A DNA stretch of 45,939 bases from an uncultured Saprospiraceae bacterium (GTDB taxonomy: Bacteria > Bacteroidota > Bacteroidia > Bacteroidales > CAYLPA01), in assembly GCA_964385385.1 (NCBI GenBank), contig CAYLPA010000003.1, forward strand, positions 2,210 through 48,148, given 5' to 3'. Shown piece by piece: positions 6,492-16,645 of this stretch; positions within the stretch are counted from its first letter, which is position 1; each line of letters opens with the position of its first letter. The notes under the pieces were generated by a model. It worked only from the letters and a program-made list of their open reading frames with translations, was not told the DNA's origin and searched no databases. A program made the position numbers and the translations under genes.

Positions 6492-7618
6492 TCGGCAGTG
6501 GAATTAATAACTGGATTTGCGTAAATATTCAGGAATGTTTTTTCCAAAGTTTTTTTGTCAGCATCAATATTTTTAATATGATTTAAAATATATTTTTCAA
6601 AATCTTCTTTCTCTTCTGGTGAATAAAAATTAATGAATTTATTATCATTGTTTAGCAAATCATAAGCAATGTAATTTGTTTTCCAAAGTTTATAATCTTT
6701 ATAAATTTGCTTATCAATAATACTCGATATTTCATTTATTTTATCATTATTATTTCCATCTTTAATATTTTGAAGTTCTTCATTAATGGGTTTTCCAAGT
6801 GCGACATGAATTTTCCCTTTATATTGAGTGATGCCGGAAACTAAACTATGAATATCTTCATCGGGTTTTTTTGTATATGTTCCTTCTAAACATGAATATT
6901 TTTCTATAGCTTTAAAAATATCACATGGTTCATATTCATAAGAAATTGTAACTGGTACGATATTTAGCTCAGAAAAATTTTCAACAAATTCACCGTTATT
7001 ACTCATATTTAACATCTTTAACAAGCCGGGTTCAGTTTTGTCATTTCCATCCTTTGTGCGACCTTTTTGTTGTGCTATCCAAATTGATGTATTTTCTTGA
7101 GTTATTTTATAACGTAAATAATACGATAATTTTTTTGAATTGAAAAGCATTTCTTTTTTTGAACCCTCACGAACTACTTCAAACATTTTGTTTACCTTGC
7201 AAACATCAATAATAAAATCAGAGGTCATTAAATTGCTTCCAAATGTAATTTCCGATGTTTCATAACCATGGTCAACCATTAATATTTGTACTATTGCTGA
7301 GTCTAATAAAATATCACGATGATTTGCAATAAATATATAAGCTTTATCTGGAGAAATGTTATCAAAGCCGGAGCAAGATAATCCGCTGGAGGTTTGTTTT
7401 AGAATTGACTTGATAGCAGGGTACATAAATGTTAACTGAAATTCTATTGCAGAGGTTATAGCATTAACTTCAGAAGTTACCTCTTCATTAGGTCTGTCAG
7501 GGAAAAGATAATTTATAACATTTGTAAAAATTGGATTTGCTGTGATTCTTCTTAAAGCAGAATTTATCTCTACATCATTATAGGGCTGAATATCTTCAAA
7601 TTTAAGAAATTGATTCAT
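6488..7618 (-). CDS. PlsC-like glycerolipid/lysophospholipid acyltransferase family protein
   Basis: IANHRDILLDS acyltransferase His/Asp block and AQQKGRTKDGNDKT block. Length and layout match the about 370-aa Bacteroidota acyltransferases found in flexirubin-type clusters. Confidence 0.7.
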   Translation of the reverse strand: MNQFLKFEDIQPYNDVEINSALRRITANPIFTNVINYLFPDRPNEEVTSEVNAITSAIEFQLTFMYPAIKSILKQTSSGLSCSGFDNISPDKAYIFIANHRDILLDSAIVQILMVDHGYETSEITFGSNLMTSDFIIDVCKVNKMFEVVREGSKKEMLFNSKKLSYYLRYKITQENTSIWIAQQKGRTKDGNDKTEPGLLKMLNMSNNGEFVENFSELNIVPVTISYEYEPCDIFKAIEKYSCLEGTYTKKPDEDIHSLVSGITQYKGKIHVALGKPINEELQNIKDGNNNDKINEISSIIDKQIYKDYKLWKTNYIAYDLLNNDNKFINFYSPEEKEDFEKYILNHIKNIDADKKTLEKTFLNIYANPVINSTAD

Positions 7619-7638
7619 GTAATTTTATTTTAATTTTT

Positions 7639-8967
7639 TCAAAGTTTAACAGTAGAATTATTTCCTGAATTATTTGGACATCTTTTATCAATAAAATTTA
7701 TAGATTTTCTGTTTTCTTCCGCAAATTTTATTTTATTGATATTATTAATAGTGTCAAATTTTATCTGAGGTGCAACTCTTAATTTGGCTCTGAAATGGTC
7801 TTTTATTTTTTTCTCAAAGATTTCAGGAATATCTTTGCAACCAATTCTGATAAGGATTTCATCGGTTCCTATTTGATTAGTATAAACTTCAACAACGTAA
7901 TTTTCAACTTCGTCAATATTGTCAAGAATATCGTATAAAGTAGATGGATAAATAGTTGTTCCTTTATATTTTATCATTTGTTTTTTTCTTCCGATAACCG
8001 GTCCTAAGCGCATAGTATTTCTTCCGCACTTGCACGGTTCACTAAAGTGATGGCAAATATCTCCGGTCTTAAATCGCAATAGTGGCATTCCTTCAACACC
8101 GAGAGTTGTAATTGTAACTTCACCAGCTTCTCCTTCGGAAACAGGATTGTCGTTTTCATCTAAAAATTCAACAATTATTAATTCAGGATGATGATGACCA
8201 CCTTTTCCTTCACTACATTCTGTGAAAGCTGTTCCCATTTCAGTTGAAGCATAAGTAGAATACAATTTAATATCCCATTTATCTTTTATTTTTTTTCCTA
8301 AAGTTGTTAGAGAGAAATCTGTTTTTCGTAATGGCTCACCAATGCAAACTGCTTTTTTTATACTTGTTGACCTATAATCAATTCCGTTTTTTTCTGCCCA
8401 TTCAACCAATTTTAATAGGAAAGACGGAACTGTAATTAATGTAGTAGGTAAAATTCTTTTTATGGTGTCCCATTGTAATTCGGGCATTCCATTTCCAACA
8501 CGCACAATTCCAGCACCTAATTTTTTTACTCCAAGAAAATAAGCCAGACCTGCCATAAAACGACGGTCTATTGTTGTCATCAATTGATAAATATCATCTC
8601 TTGAGCCATCAGCACAAACAAAAGAAATACATTCGTTGTAAGCCAAACGGTCAAGGTCTTTGTCTGTCATTACAAAGGTTACGGGGTCGCCAAGTGTTCC
8701 TGAAGTAGTGATATAATCAATAATTTTATCTTTAGTAACACAGATAAAATCCTGATTCCTTTTTTGAAGGTCATCTTTTGTGGTTATTGGGATATTTTTA
8801 AGATCTTCTAAAGTTTTTATTTTAGTAATATCAATTTTGTTTTTTTTGAAAAGCTCAGAGTAAAATACTGAATTGTTTTCAAGATATATAAGCTGTTCTC
8901 TCAACCTTACTTCCTGGTAATTCTTTATTTCTTCAACAGATTTGGTTTCTATCTTTGGTATTTGCAT
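7639..8967 (-). CDS. Phenylacetate-CoA ligase (PaaK) / coenzyme F390 synthetase-like adenylating enzyme
   Basis: TSGTLGDP AMP-binding motif, YASTEMG and RFKTGD blocks, about 440 aa. Confidence 0.8.
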   Translation of the reverse strand: MQIPKIETKSVEEIKNYQEVRLREQLIYLENNSVFYSELFKKNKIDITKIKTLEDLKNIPITTKDDLQKRNQDFICVTKDKIIDYITTSGTLGDPVTFVMTDKDLDRLAYNECISFVCADGSRDDIYQLMTTIDRRFMAGLAYFLGVKKLGAGIVRVGNGMPELQWDTIKRILPTTLITVPSFLLKLVEWAEKNGIDYRSTSIKKAVCIGEPLRKTDFSLTTLGKKIKDKWDIKLYSTYASTEMGTAFTECSEGKGGHHHPELIIVEFLDENDNPVSEGEAGEVTITTLGVEGMPLLRFKTGDICHHFSEPCKCGRNTMRLGPVIGRKKQMIKYKGTTIYPSTLYDILDNIDEVENYVVEVYTNQIGTDEILIRIGCKDIPEIFEKKIKDHFRAKLRVAPQIKFDTINNINKIKFAEENRKSINFIDKRCPNNSGNNSTVKL

Positions 8968-8991
8968 TAATATTTTTGTCTTTTTATATTA

Positions 8992-9876
8992 TTATTGTTT
9001 TTCCTTTTTAGGAATTTTATCTGCAATTCGTAATACATCTTCCGGACATGCACTCACGCAACGTTCACATAAAATGCAAGTTGGATGATTAACTCTTTCT
9101 TTTTTATGTACATAAGACATAACATCAATTAACATAGGACAGGCTAAATTACATAAATTACAACTTATGCAATCTTCAGCTTTTACTGGAGTAATTTTGA
9201 AGATGGAATAAGGTGCTATTACGCTTGAAACTGTTAGAAAGGGGCATAACATTCTGCAATAAGCTCTGCTTCCCCAAATTGATGTTAGAATTAATCCACT
9301 TGAAATAATGAATAAATTTTCTCCAATAATCCAATAACGTCTTAATTCTAAATTCTCAGCAGGATTCCAAAAAAATGCTACAAAAACAGAAAGAGAAACT
9401 AAGAAAACTAAATATCCCCAAGCAATTAAATTTGAACGTTTTTTCGGTTCTTTTTTACAGGATTTCTTGCTGTTTGTTAATTCGAAAAAAGCTCCAGTCC
9501 AACATACTCGGGAGCAAAAAGCATTGCCCAAAAAAAATGGTAACACAATTCTTGCTACTAACATTTGAATAAGAGCTCCGGTTACAATACCGGCTGACAT
9601 ATCAAAAAATATTTCGGGAAATTGAAAGTTAACTCCAACATATAAACTTAACCAGCCAAAAAGTAATCCTGCAAGGCCTAATTGTAAAAGTCGTCTTGAG
9701 AGCTGACGTAATTTAGGATATTTCCTGATAATTATTCTTGTTGTTGCATCCAAAAAACCTATGCTTGTGAATAGGATAAAATATCTTATATCACGTAAAA
9801 GCCATACTATAATTCCTATTAATGTGAAAATTAATAAAGTTATTATTGGAATTTTGTATTTCTTAAAAATCTGCAT
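8992..9876 (-). CDS. Polytopic membrane protein with 2x[4Fe-4S] ferredoxin-type domain
   Basis: Multiple hydrophobic helices. C-terminal CISCNLCNLACP and CILCERCVSACP (CxxCxxCxxxCP twice). Confidence 0.75.
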   Translation of the reverse strand: MQIFKKYKIPIITLLIFTLIGIIVWLLRDIRYFILFTSIGFLDATTRIIIRKYPKLRQLSRRLLQLGLAGLLFGWLSLYVGVNFQFPEIFFDMSAGIVTGALIQMLVARIVLPFFLGNAFCSRVCWTGAFFELTNSKKSCKKEPKKRSNLIAWGYLVFLVSLSVFVAFFWNPAENLELRRYWIIGENLFIISSGLILTSIWGSRAYCRMLCPFLTVSSVIAPYSIFKITPVKAEDCISCNLCNLACPMLIDVMSYVHKKERVNHPTCILCERCVSACPEDVLRIADKIPKKEKQ

Positions 9877-9910
9877 TTTTTTTATCCTGAAATATTATAT
9901 GTATTATTTT

Positions 9911-11608
9911 TTAATTCAATGATTCTTTACAATTCTTTATTTTTTCTTTAATTATTTTAATTTCCTGAAGGGAGTTAACTTCTTCAGAAAGAGCAATCTC
10001 ATAATAATCCATGCTTTTTTGATATTCTCTTTTGTAATTATAATAATTACCTAAAAACAAATAAGTCATAAAATTTTCAGGGTTTGTATTAATAAAATCT
10101 TTATCGGATAATTCGATTTCATTATCATTTTCAATAGCATTATTAATCAGTTGGCTAATTTTCTTGAATTTTTTAAAATTTTCAAAATCTACAGAAAACA
10201 AAAATGAATCGGCAGGAATATTAAGAGGCTTTTCGTAAATCTCAATATTTTCTTTTAGAGCAGGGAAATCTTTAAAAACTTTATCTAAATCATAACAAAA
10301 ATATTTGCCGATTTGATAAGGATAGCTTGAAACCCACACTAATTTTTTTGTAGGTTTAAAAATTATTGAATGATGGGCGATAAGTTGGTTTATTGCTTTT
10401 TCGTTTCCAATTCCAATGTTTTTATCATTTAATCCTTTTTGGTCTCTTAGTATTTCGGCTGAATTATAAACACTCAATTTCTGAAATTTATCAATCAACT
10501 GATTTACTCTTTTATACCTGTGAATTGATGAGCTTTCCTTAATATTTTTCAAATTATTTTCATCATTAGATAGAACATCACTTTGAAAATGATTAGAGCA
10601 AATAATATAATTACTATCAGTTTCAAACAAACCAATTTTTTCGGGAGTTTTTTCAATAATTGCCGTTTTGTTATCTTCTGCCGAACCTATCATCAATGAT
10701 TCGGAGACGAAAACATCACGTTTTTTTGCAATAGCATAAGCTTCATCAATATTGGAAGCATACTGCAAAATTTCTCTTGCAAGAATAGAAATCGGTGTCT
10801 TTGCTTCTGAGGGCATTGCAGATTTTGCTGCATTCATTGTAACAGTTAAACCTTTTTCGTTCATTCCCGAAACAGCTCCAATCATTCCTCCCCATGTTAC
10901 CATCATAAACTTGAAACCTTTATCTGGATTAACAAACATTACAATTTTTTCTTTTGCAAATTCATCGCCAATAGAAAAATCTAAATTCCTTCCTACAATC
11001 AATGAGCTGTCTTGAGTTCTATTTCCCCATGCAGAAAAAGAAGTGCATCCTGCCAAATTCATATCTTGAAGTGCATGACCAATATCATGTGCTGCATGAT
11101 AAATCAAAATCCTATGATAACTGGAAGCGATGTAAGAGAATTTATCTGATGATGAAAATGATACTCCGTAAATTTCTCGCAAATATTCATCTTTAATATA
11201 AGAGTCAATATCCCTGTTAAACCACGCAACAAAATACTTCAGGAAATTCATATAAAATTTTGAAGGAATCATTTTATTGATAAATCCTACAAATATTTTT
11301 TCCTGAGTTTCAATCAACTCTTTTGTAAGTTTTCCATTGATAACTCCACGTTCAAAAGCATCGCCTTCAAGATACATTTCCCAAATACCTGCATCGTTTT
11401 TTTTCAGCCAACTATTATTGCAAACATAAAAATCATTTTCAATTTTAGTTCTTTCAAAATCCAACGCACTTAAATCATTTGTTTCTGGTGGTGTTAATGT
11501 AACTACAATTTTGAAATATATTAAAAAAGCAATAATCAAAGTAGCAATTACAATCGCAAACCATAATAAAAACTTATTCAATCTTCTATTTTTTCTATGA
11601 TGCATCAT
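9911..11608 (-). CDS. C45-family peptidase / acyl-CoA:6-APA acyltransferase-like protein, membrane anchored
   Basis: N-terminal TM helix. LAGCTSFSAWG (Ntn-type nucleophile Cys context). Overall similarity to the C45 acyltransferase family. C-terminal TPR-like tail. Confidence 0.6.
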   Translation of the reverse strand: MMHHRKNRRLNKFLLWFAIVIATLIIAFLIYFKIVVTLTPPETNDLSALDFERTKIENDFYVCNNSWLKKNDAGIWEMYLEGDAFERGVINGKLTKELIETQEKIFVGFINKMIPSKFYMNFLKYFVAWFNRDIDSYIKDEYLREIYGVSFSSSDKFSYIASSYHRILIYHAAHDIGHALQDMNLAGCTSFSAWGNRTQDSSLIVGRNLDFSIGDEFAKEKIVMFVNPDKGFKFMMVTWGGMIGAVSGMNEKGLTVTMNAAKSAMPSEAKTPISILAREILQYASNIDEAYAIAKKRDVFVSESLMIGSAEDNKTAIIEKTPEKIGLFETDSNYIICSNHFQSDVLSNDENNLKNIKESSSIHRYKRVNQLIDKFQKLSVYNSAEILRDQKGLNDKNIGIGNEKAINQLIAHHSIIFKPTKKLVWVSSYPYQIGKYFCYDLDKVFKDFPALKENIEIYEKPLNIPADSFLFSVDFENFKKFKKISQLINNAIENDNEIELSDKDFINTNPENFMTYLFLGNYYNYKREYQKSMDYYEIALSEEVNSLQEIKIIKEKIKNCKESLN

Positions 11609-13115
11609 TAACTTTTCTAATTAAATAATTTAGTCCAAGAAATTCGGAACAAGTAATTAGTGAACCAATGGTTACACCGAGAATTCCATGCAAACCTATG
11701 TTTTGACCTGTTAAAACTAAATTTGGAACTTTTGTCTTTTGGGAAATATATGAGGCTAATGCGTTAGAATAATCTTTTAATATTCCGTAAGGTGCACCTT
11801 CAACAGTTCCCGTATAATCCCTATATGTCAAAGGTGTTGAAGTGTAATATGCTTTTATTTTTCCTCTTAATCCGGGAAATTTTTTTTCAAGTTTACTAAT
11901 AAATTGTTGAGCTTTATATTCCTTAAATTCCTTATAATCATCACCTCGCTTTTCAACAGTGGTGTTTTCCCACTTTTTCAATTCATCATATTTTATATAA
12001 GTCATAGCTATCATACAATCGGCATATTTATCCGATTTAGAGTTTGCAGGAGTATAACACATATATCCATCTGGCCATTTGTTTTTTAAATAAGAAGCTG
12101 AATCTAAATAAGTGTCTGTTCCCCAAACATTATTATCGTTATAATGATAAATATTATAATTCAGGTATTCGAATGTGTTTTCTTTAAAAACAATATAAAT
12201 TGAAAAAAATGGAATTGTATTTTCAAGACTATTAATACGACTTCTATAACTTTTTCTTGTTAATCCGGTATCAAGCAATTCAAGAGTTTTAACCGGATGA
12301 ATATCGGAGATAAAATTTTTGCCTTCGATAAGCTCGGAATTTGATAACTCTGCAAATTTTAAACTTTTATTATCGGCACCGGGAATAAGTTTTTTTACTT
12401 CACAATTTTTTAAAATTGTCCCACCATTTGCAATTATTGATTCAGAAAGAAAATCAGGAATTTGAGCTCCACCGTCAACAAGTCTCCACGAACTTTCAAT
12501 TAGAGAATTATTAATTATTGCATGACAATATAAAGGAGTTTGATATTTTTTTCCGGCATATAATGAATTTAATCCTGAAAAAACATTTTGCAATCTTTCA
12601 TTTTTAGTAATTGATTTTATATAGTCAAAAGCTCCCGTAGCAACATATTCGTTATCTATAACATTGTGTGTTTTGATTTCTCTAAGATTATAGATGTTCA
12701 ACGAATTTGAGATTTCTTTCAGTTTATTTGAGTATTTAATCAGAGCTTCCTTTTCGTCAGGAAAACTTTGCAGAAGAGTGTTTACATAATTGTCATATCC
12801 CTGAGCAAATTTATATTCTGTTCCGGCAATGCTAATAATGTCAAAAGCATCTTCGTTGAGTTTTTTAATTTTTATTTTATCAATTAAATCAAAATATTTA
12901 AAAAAACGATGCAGGATTTGTCCTTTACCAAGGCTGCCAACGTAATGCATGCCCGTATCGAAAATACAATCATTACGAACAAAAGTCTGGAGGCATCCTC
13001 CTAATTGTCTGTTTTTTTCAAGGATACAAACATTATAGCCCTCTTTGCTTAGAATATATCCGCAAATCAAACCACCGAGTCCACTTCCTATTATTACAAC
13101 ATCGTATTTTTGCAT
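11595..13115 (-). CDS. NAD(P)/FAD-dependent oxidoreductase, phytoene desaturase (CrtI)-like, paralog 1
   Basis: MQKYDVVIIGSGLGGLICGYILSKEGYNVCILEKN Rossmann GxGxxG. Close paralog of the next gene. Confidence 0.8.
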   Translation of the reverse strand: MQKYDVVIIGSGLGGLICGYILSKEGYNVCILEKNRQLGGCLQTFVRNDCIFDTGMHYVGSLGKGQILHRFFKYFDLIDKIKIKKLNEDAFDIISIAGTEYKFAQGYDNYVNTLLQSFPDEKEALIKYSNKLKEISNSLNIYNLREIKTHNVIDNEYVATGAFDYIKSITKNERLQNVFSGLNSLYAGKKYQTPLYCHAIINNSLIESSWRLVDGGAQIPDFLSESIIANGGTILKNCEVKKLIPGADNKSLKFAELSNSELIEGKNFISDIHPVKTLELLDTGLTRKSYRSRINSLENTIPFFSIYIVFKENTFEYLNYNIYHYNDNNVWGTDTYLDSASYLKNKWPDGYMCYTPANSKSDKYADCMIAMTYIKYDELKKWENTTVEKRGDDYKEFKEYKAQQFISKLEKKFPGLRGKIKAYYTSTPLTYRDYTGTVEGAPYGILKDYSNALASYISQKTKVPNLVLTGQNIGLHGILGVTIGSLITCSEFLGLNYLIRKVNDAS

Positions 13116-13126
13116 ATTATTTTAAA

Positions 13127-14620
13127 TTAGTCACTAAAATTTCTAACTTTATCTATTAAATATTCTTGTCCTACCAATTCGCCACAAGTCATAATTGAAC
13201 CTATTGTTACACCAAGAATGCCGTGAAGGTTAAGATTTTGACCAGTGAAAAACAAGTTTGGAATTTTTGTTTTTGGTAATATTAATGATTTAAAAGGAGC
13301 ATTATAATCTTTCAAAATGCCATAAGATGAGCCATCGACTGTTCCAGTATAATCACGATAAGTCAAAGGCGTTGAAGTATAATATGATTTAATTTTACTT
13401 CGGATTTCAGGGAATTTCTGCTCAACTAAATCCAATAATTTTTCTGCTTTTCTTTTTTTGAAATCAAGATATTCATCACCACGTTTTTCTACAAATGTAT
13501 TTTCCCATTTCTTCAATTCATCGAATTTCATATAAGTTATGACAATAGCTCCATCAGCAAATATTTCAGATTTTGAAATTGCCGGCGTATAAAACATAAA
13601 ATTCTCAGGCCAGTTTTTTTCTGAATAATCTGAAGTCCAAACATCATCATCCTTGAAATAGTAGTGATTATGATTCATATAAGGAAAGCTATCTTTCTTG
13701 AAAGTAATATACAAAGTAAACATTCCCATAGTATTTTCAAGCTCACTTATTCGTTTTCTGTATGCCTTTTTAATTTGATTTTCATCAATCATTTGCAATG
13801 TTTTCGCAGGATGAACATCTGAAATAAAATGTTTCGCTTCTATTCGTTCGGAATTAGTGAGTTCAATAGATTTAATTTCATTATTCTCAATAATAAATTT
13901 ATTCGCTTCATGTTTTTTTAGAACAACACCTCCGTTTTCAGTAATAGAGTCAGCGAGCAATTCGGCAAGTTGAAAACTTCCATCAACGAGTCGCCAGGCA
14001 CTGTTTATGAATGAATAATTTATAAGTGCGTGAATATATAAAGGTGTTTTATCTTTTACTCCGGCATATAAAGAATTTGTTCCAGCTAAAACATTTCGTA
14101 GTTTTTTATCCGATGTAATTGAATTGATAAATCCGTAAGCACTTTCGTTAAATAAATTTGTATCAATAATATTTGCTTGTTCTTTACTAAGATTGAATAA
14201 AGGGAAAAAATTGCTTATGGTTTTTAATTTATGAATATATTTATCTAATGCTTCTTTTTCATTTGGAAAATCTTGCAACAAAGTATTTTTAAAATTTTCG
14301 TGTCCCTGAGCGAGTTTATATTCTTTGCCATCAAGAGTAACAATTTCAAATCCTTCAATATCCAATCTCTTGAGCTTTAATTTATTTAGAATGCCGAAAT
14401 ATTTAAAATAGCGGTTAAGGATTTGCCCTTTATCTAAACCTTCGGTATAATTTAGCCCTGTATTAAAAATTACATTATCGCGTTTAAAAGTTTGAAGACA
14501 ACCACCGATTTGCCTGTTTTTTTCAATTACGCACACATTGTAACCCTCTTTACTTAGGATGTTTCCGCAAAGCAATCCACCAAGTCCACTTCCTATTATT
14601 ACAATGTCATATTGGGGCAT
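13127..14620 (-). CDS. NAD(P)/FAD-dependent oxidoreductase, phytoene desaturase (CrtI)-like, paralog 2
   Basis: MPQYDIVIIGSGLGGLLCGNILSKEGYNVCVIEKN. Colinear similarity to 11595-13115 along its whole length. Confidence 0.8.
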   Translation of the reverse strand: MPQYDIVIIGSGLGGLLCGNILSKEGYNVCVIEKNRQIGGCLQTFKRDNVIFNTGLNYTEGLDKGQILNRYFKYFGILNKLKLKRLDIEGFEIVTLDGKEYKLAQGHENFKNTLLQDFPNEKEALDKYIHKLKTISNFFPLFNLSKEQANIIDTNLFNESAYGFINSITSDKKLRNVLAGTNSLYAGVKDKTPLYIHALINYSFINSAWRLVDGSFQLAELLADSITENGGVVLKKHEANKFIIENNEIKSIELTNSERIEAKHFISDVHPAKTLQMIDENQIKKAYRKRISELENTMGMFTLYITFKKDSFPYMNHNHYYFKDDDVWTSDYSEKNWPENFMFYTPAISKSEIFADGAIVITYMKFDELKKWENTFVEKRGDEYLDFKKRKAEKLLDLVEQKFPEIRSKIKSYYTSTPLTYRDYTGTVDGSSYGILKDYNAPFKSLILPKTKIPNLFFTGQNLNLHGILGVTIGSIMTCGELVGQEYLIDKVRNFSD

Positions 14621-14844
14621 TATTTATGAATTAAATAAACAAAAAATTTTGAAAAATTTGGTTTAATTCTACCATCAAAATAATCGGCAAATATAATTAT
14701 TCATAACGACATATAAAAAAGTAATTAAAATGCTTACACTAAGAAAATGTCTTAGCTATGTTTGACACAGTATATAACCTCTACTTAGTTTAATCTCCCG
14801 AATATATCAAGATAGAATACAAGCTGACAAATAAAATATTGTTA

Positions 14845-14881
14845 AAAACTAAAATAACGTACCTCCTTATTTTAGTTTTTT
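14845..14881 (+). other. 13-bp AT hairpin with T-run in the divergent intergenic region
   Basis: aaaactaaaataa-cgtacctcc-ttattttagtttt followed by tt. The 3' arm can alternatively pair with ctaaaataagg at 14890-14900. Confidence 0.35.
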
Positions 14882-14946
14882 CGCAAATTCTAAAATAAGG
14901 TGTAATCCCATTGAAATAACAGAAGAATTTGTTTCAAACATTTTTA

Positions 14947-14954
14947 TACATTTG
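14947..14954 (+). promoter_or_regulatory. Candidate Bacteroidota -7 box (TAnnTTTG) for the plus-strand block
   Basis: TACATTTG, 37 nt upstream of the ATG at 14991. Confidence 0.45.
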
Positions 14955-14990
14955 CATTCGATTTATTCTAAGAATGTATAAGATTTTTTT

Positions 14991-16256
14991 ATGAAGTTTC
15001 AATTGATATATCCCAAATGGGAAAAACTTGAAGGTCAAACAGTTTTTCATCTTCCACCTCACGGTCCTGTTGTTTTCGCAGCTTCTTTGCCTGAGTATGT
15101 AGAAGTTGAGTTTATTGACGAAAATGTTGAGCCTTTAAATTATGATGATAATGTTGACTTTGTTGGTATTTCCATGTTGTTGACAACACAAATAAAGAGA
15201 GGCTGGGAGATAGCAACTGAATACAGGAAACGTGGCAAAAAAGTAATTTTCGGTGGTATTTCAACAATGCTTCATGCAGAAGAAACAATGCAATATGCAG
15301 ATTCAATTTTTCTTGGTGAATCCGAAGGAAGAATGGATGAAGTTTTTAGTGATTTCCGAAATAATAAGCTGAAAAAAGTTTATAATTTTATCAATGACCG
15401 ACCTGATATTTCTATAGTTGGACCTGCAAGAAGAGACATTTTAAAAAGGGAATTTTATTATCATAAAGGCATTCAAATGGTTGACCTTTTTCATGCTTCA
15501 AGAGGTTGCCGTTTTAATTGTTATCCTTGTGCTGTTGCATATCTTGGAGGTCGTGAATTCAGACCGCGTCCTATCGAAAAATCAATTGAAGAATTAGAGA
15601 CAATTGAAAATAACCGTATTTTTATTGTAGATAATTCTCTCGCAGGAAGCACAAAATGGGAGAAGGAACTTTTTAAAGAAATGATTCCTCTTAAAAAGAA
15701 TTGGTGTAGCCATACTATTGAAGACAAACCAGAAGTTTTGGATTTAGCTGCTCAGGCAGGAGCATGGTATGTTTATCAGGCAATTTTTGATACATCAGAT
15801 TATATTAAAGAACGCATTAAACGTTATCATGATTATGGTATTAGTGTTGAAGGAACTATTTTGCTGGGACTTGATGACCACACAGAATATAAAATCAAAA
15901 AATTAATAGACTTTCTTTTAGAGATTGACCTTGATTTAGCAGAGTTTGCTGTACTTACTCCATTTCCTCATACCAAGGCTTATGACGACCTTATAAAACA
16001 AAACAGAATATTTAATTCGAACTGGAATGATTATAATGCAGGGAAAGTTGTTTATCAACCTAAAAATATGACTGTAGATAAATTACAGGAATTATATCAT
16101 TATGCTTGGGATACATTCTATAAAGACGAAACTCAAAATCAAAAAATGTTTAGACTTATGTTGAAGGTTGCAAACAAAGAAGTTGAAAATGGAACCTACA
16201 AATCAAGATATAATGACCTAAATGCGGTAAGTTTTGGTAAAGATGTGATTAGATAA
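14991..16256 (+). CDS. B12-binding domain radical SAM protein
   Basis: N-terminal cobalamin-binding-like domain. Radical SAM cluster motif SRGCRFNCYPCAV (CxxxCxxC). Confidence 0.8.
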   Translation: MKFQLIYPKWEKLEGQTVFHLPPHGPVVFAASLPEYVEVEFIDENVEPLNYDDNVDFVGISMLLTTQIKRGWEIATEYRKRGKKVIFGGISTMLHAEETMQYADSIFLGESEGRMDEVFSDFRNNKLKKVYNFINDRPDISIVGPARRDILKREFYYHKGIQMVDLFHASRGCRFNCYPCAVAYLGGREFRPRPIEKSIEELETIENNRIFIVDNSLAGSTKWEKELFKEMIPLKKNWCSHTIEDKPEVLDLAAQAGAWYVYQAIFDTSDYIKERIKRYHDYGISVEGTILLGLDDHTEYKIKKLIDFLLEIDLDLAEFAVLTPFPHTKAYDDLIKQNRIFNSNWNDYNAGKVVYQPKNMTVDKLQELYHYAWDTFYKDETQNQKMFRLMLKVANKEVENGTYKSRYNDLNAVSFGKDVIR

Positions 16257-16267
16257 TAGAATTTGCT

Positions 16268-16645
16268 ATGATGACAGAAACCAAATATGTTGATGATATT
16301 TATGATTATAAAGGATTATGGGATGCTCCATCAAAATGTGGGCTGAAAATAATTAGAAAATCCGACGAAGTAATTGTTATTGCAACAGATTTGTATGATA
16401 AAAATCCGGGAACTTCGGTAACAGATTGTTGTGCTATGTTTGCAACAAAATTATGCGAAGAGAAAAATATAAATCATAAAGACCTCGTTTTTATTGAACA
16501 TACTCCTGACCTAAAATCAAAATTATCGTTTAATAATGAAACTTTTTATAGAGTAGAATTTGATTGGAGTGATGATAAATTTTGTAATCCAAAATGGCAG
16601 TCAGTTTCAAAGAAGGAAATTAATGACTTTATTGAAATAAAATGA
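16268..16645 (+). CDS. Hypothetical protein (125 aa)
   Basis: ORF only. ATGA overlap with the downstream receptor gene suggests co-translation. No family recognised. Confidence 0.5.
   Translation: MMTETKYVDDIYDYKGLWDAPSKCGLKIIRKSDEVIVIATDLYDKNPGTSVTDCCAMFATKLCEEKNINHKDLVFIEHTPDLKSKLSFNNETFYRVEFDWSDDKFCNPKWQSVSKKEINDFIEIK

Noticed and set aside
14621-14990. A possible cobalamin riboswitch upstream of the B12-binding radical SAM gene.
   Set aside because: I could find no B12-box-like GCCACTG core or the GC-rich multi-stem architecture. The region is almost pure AT.
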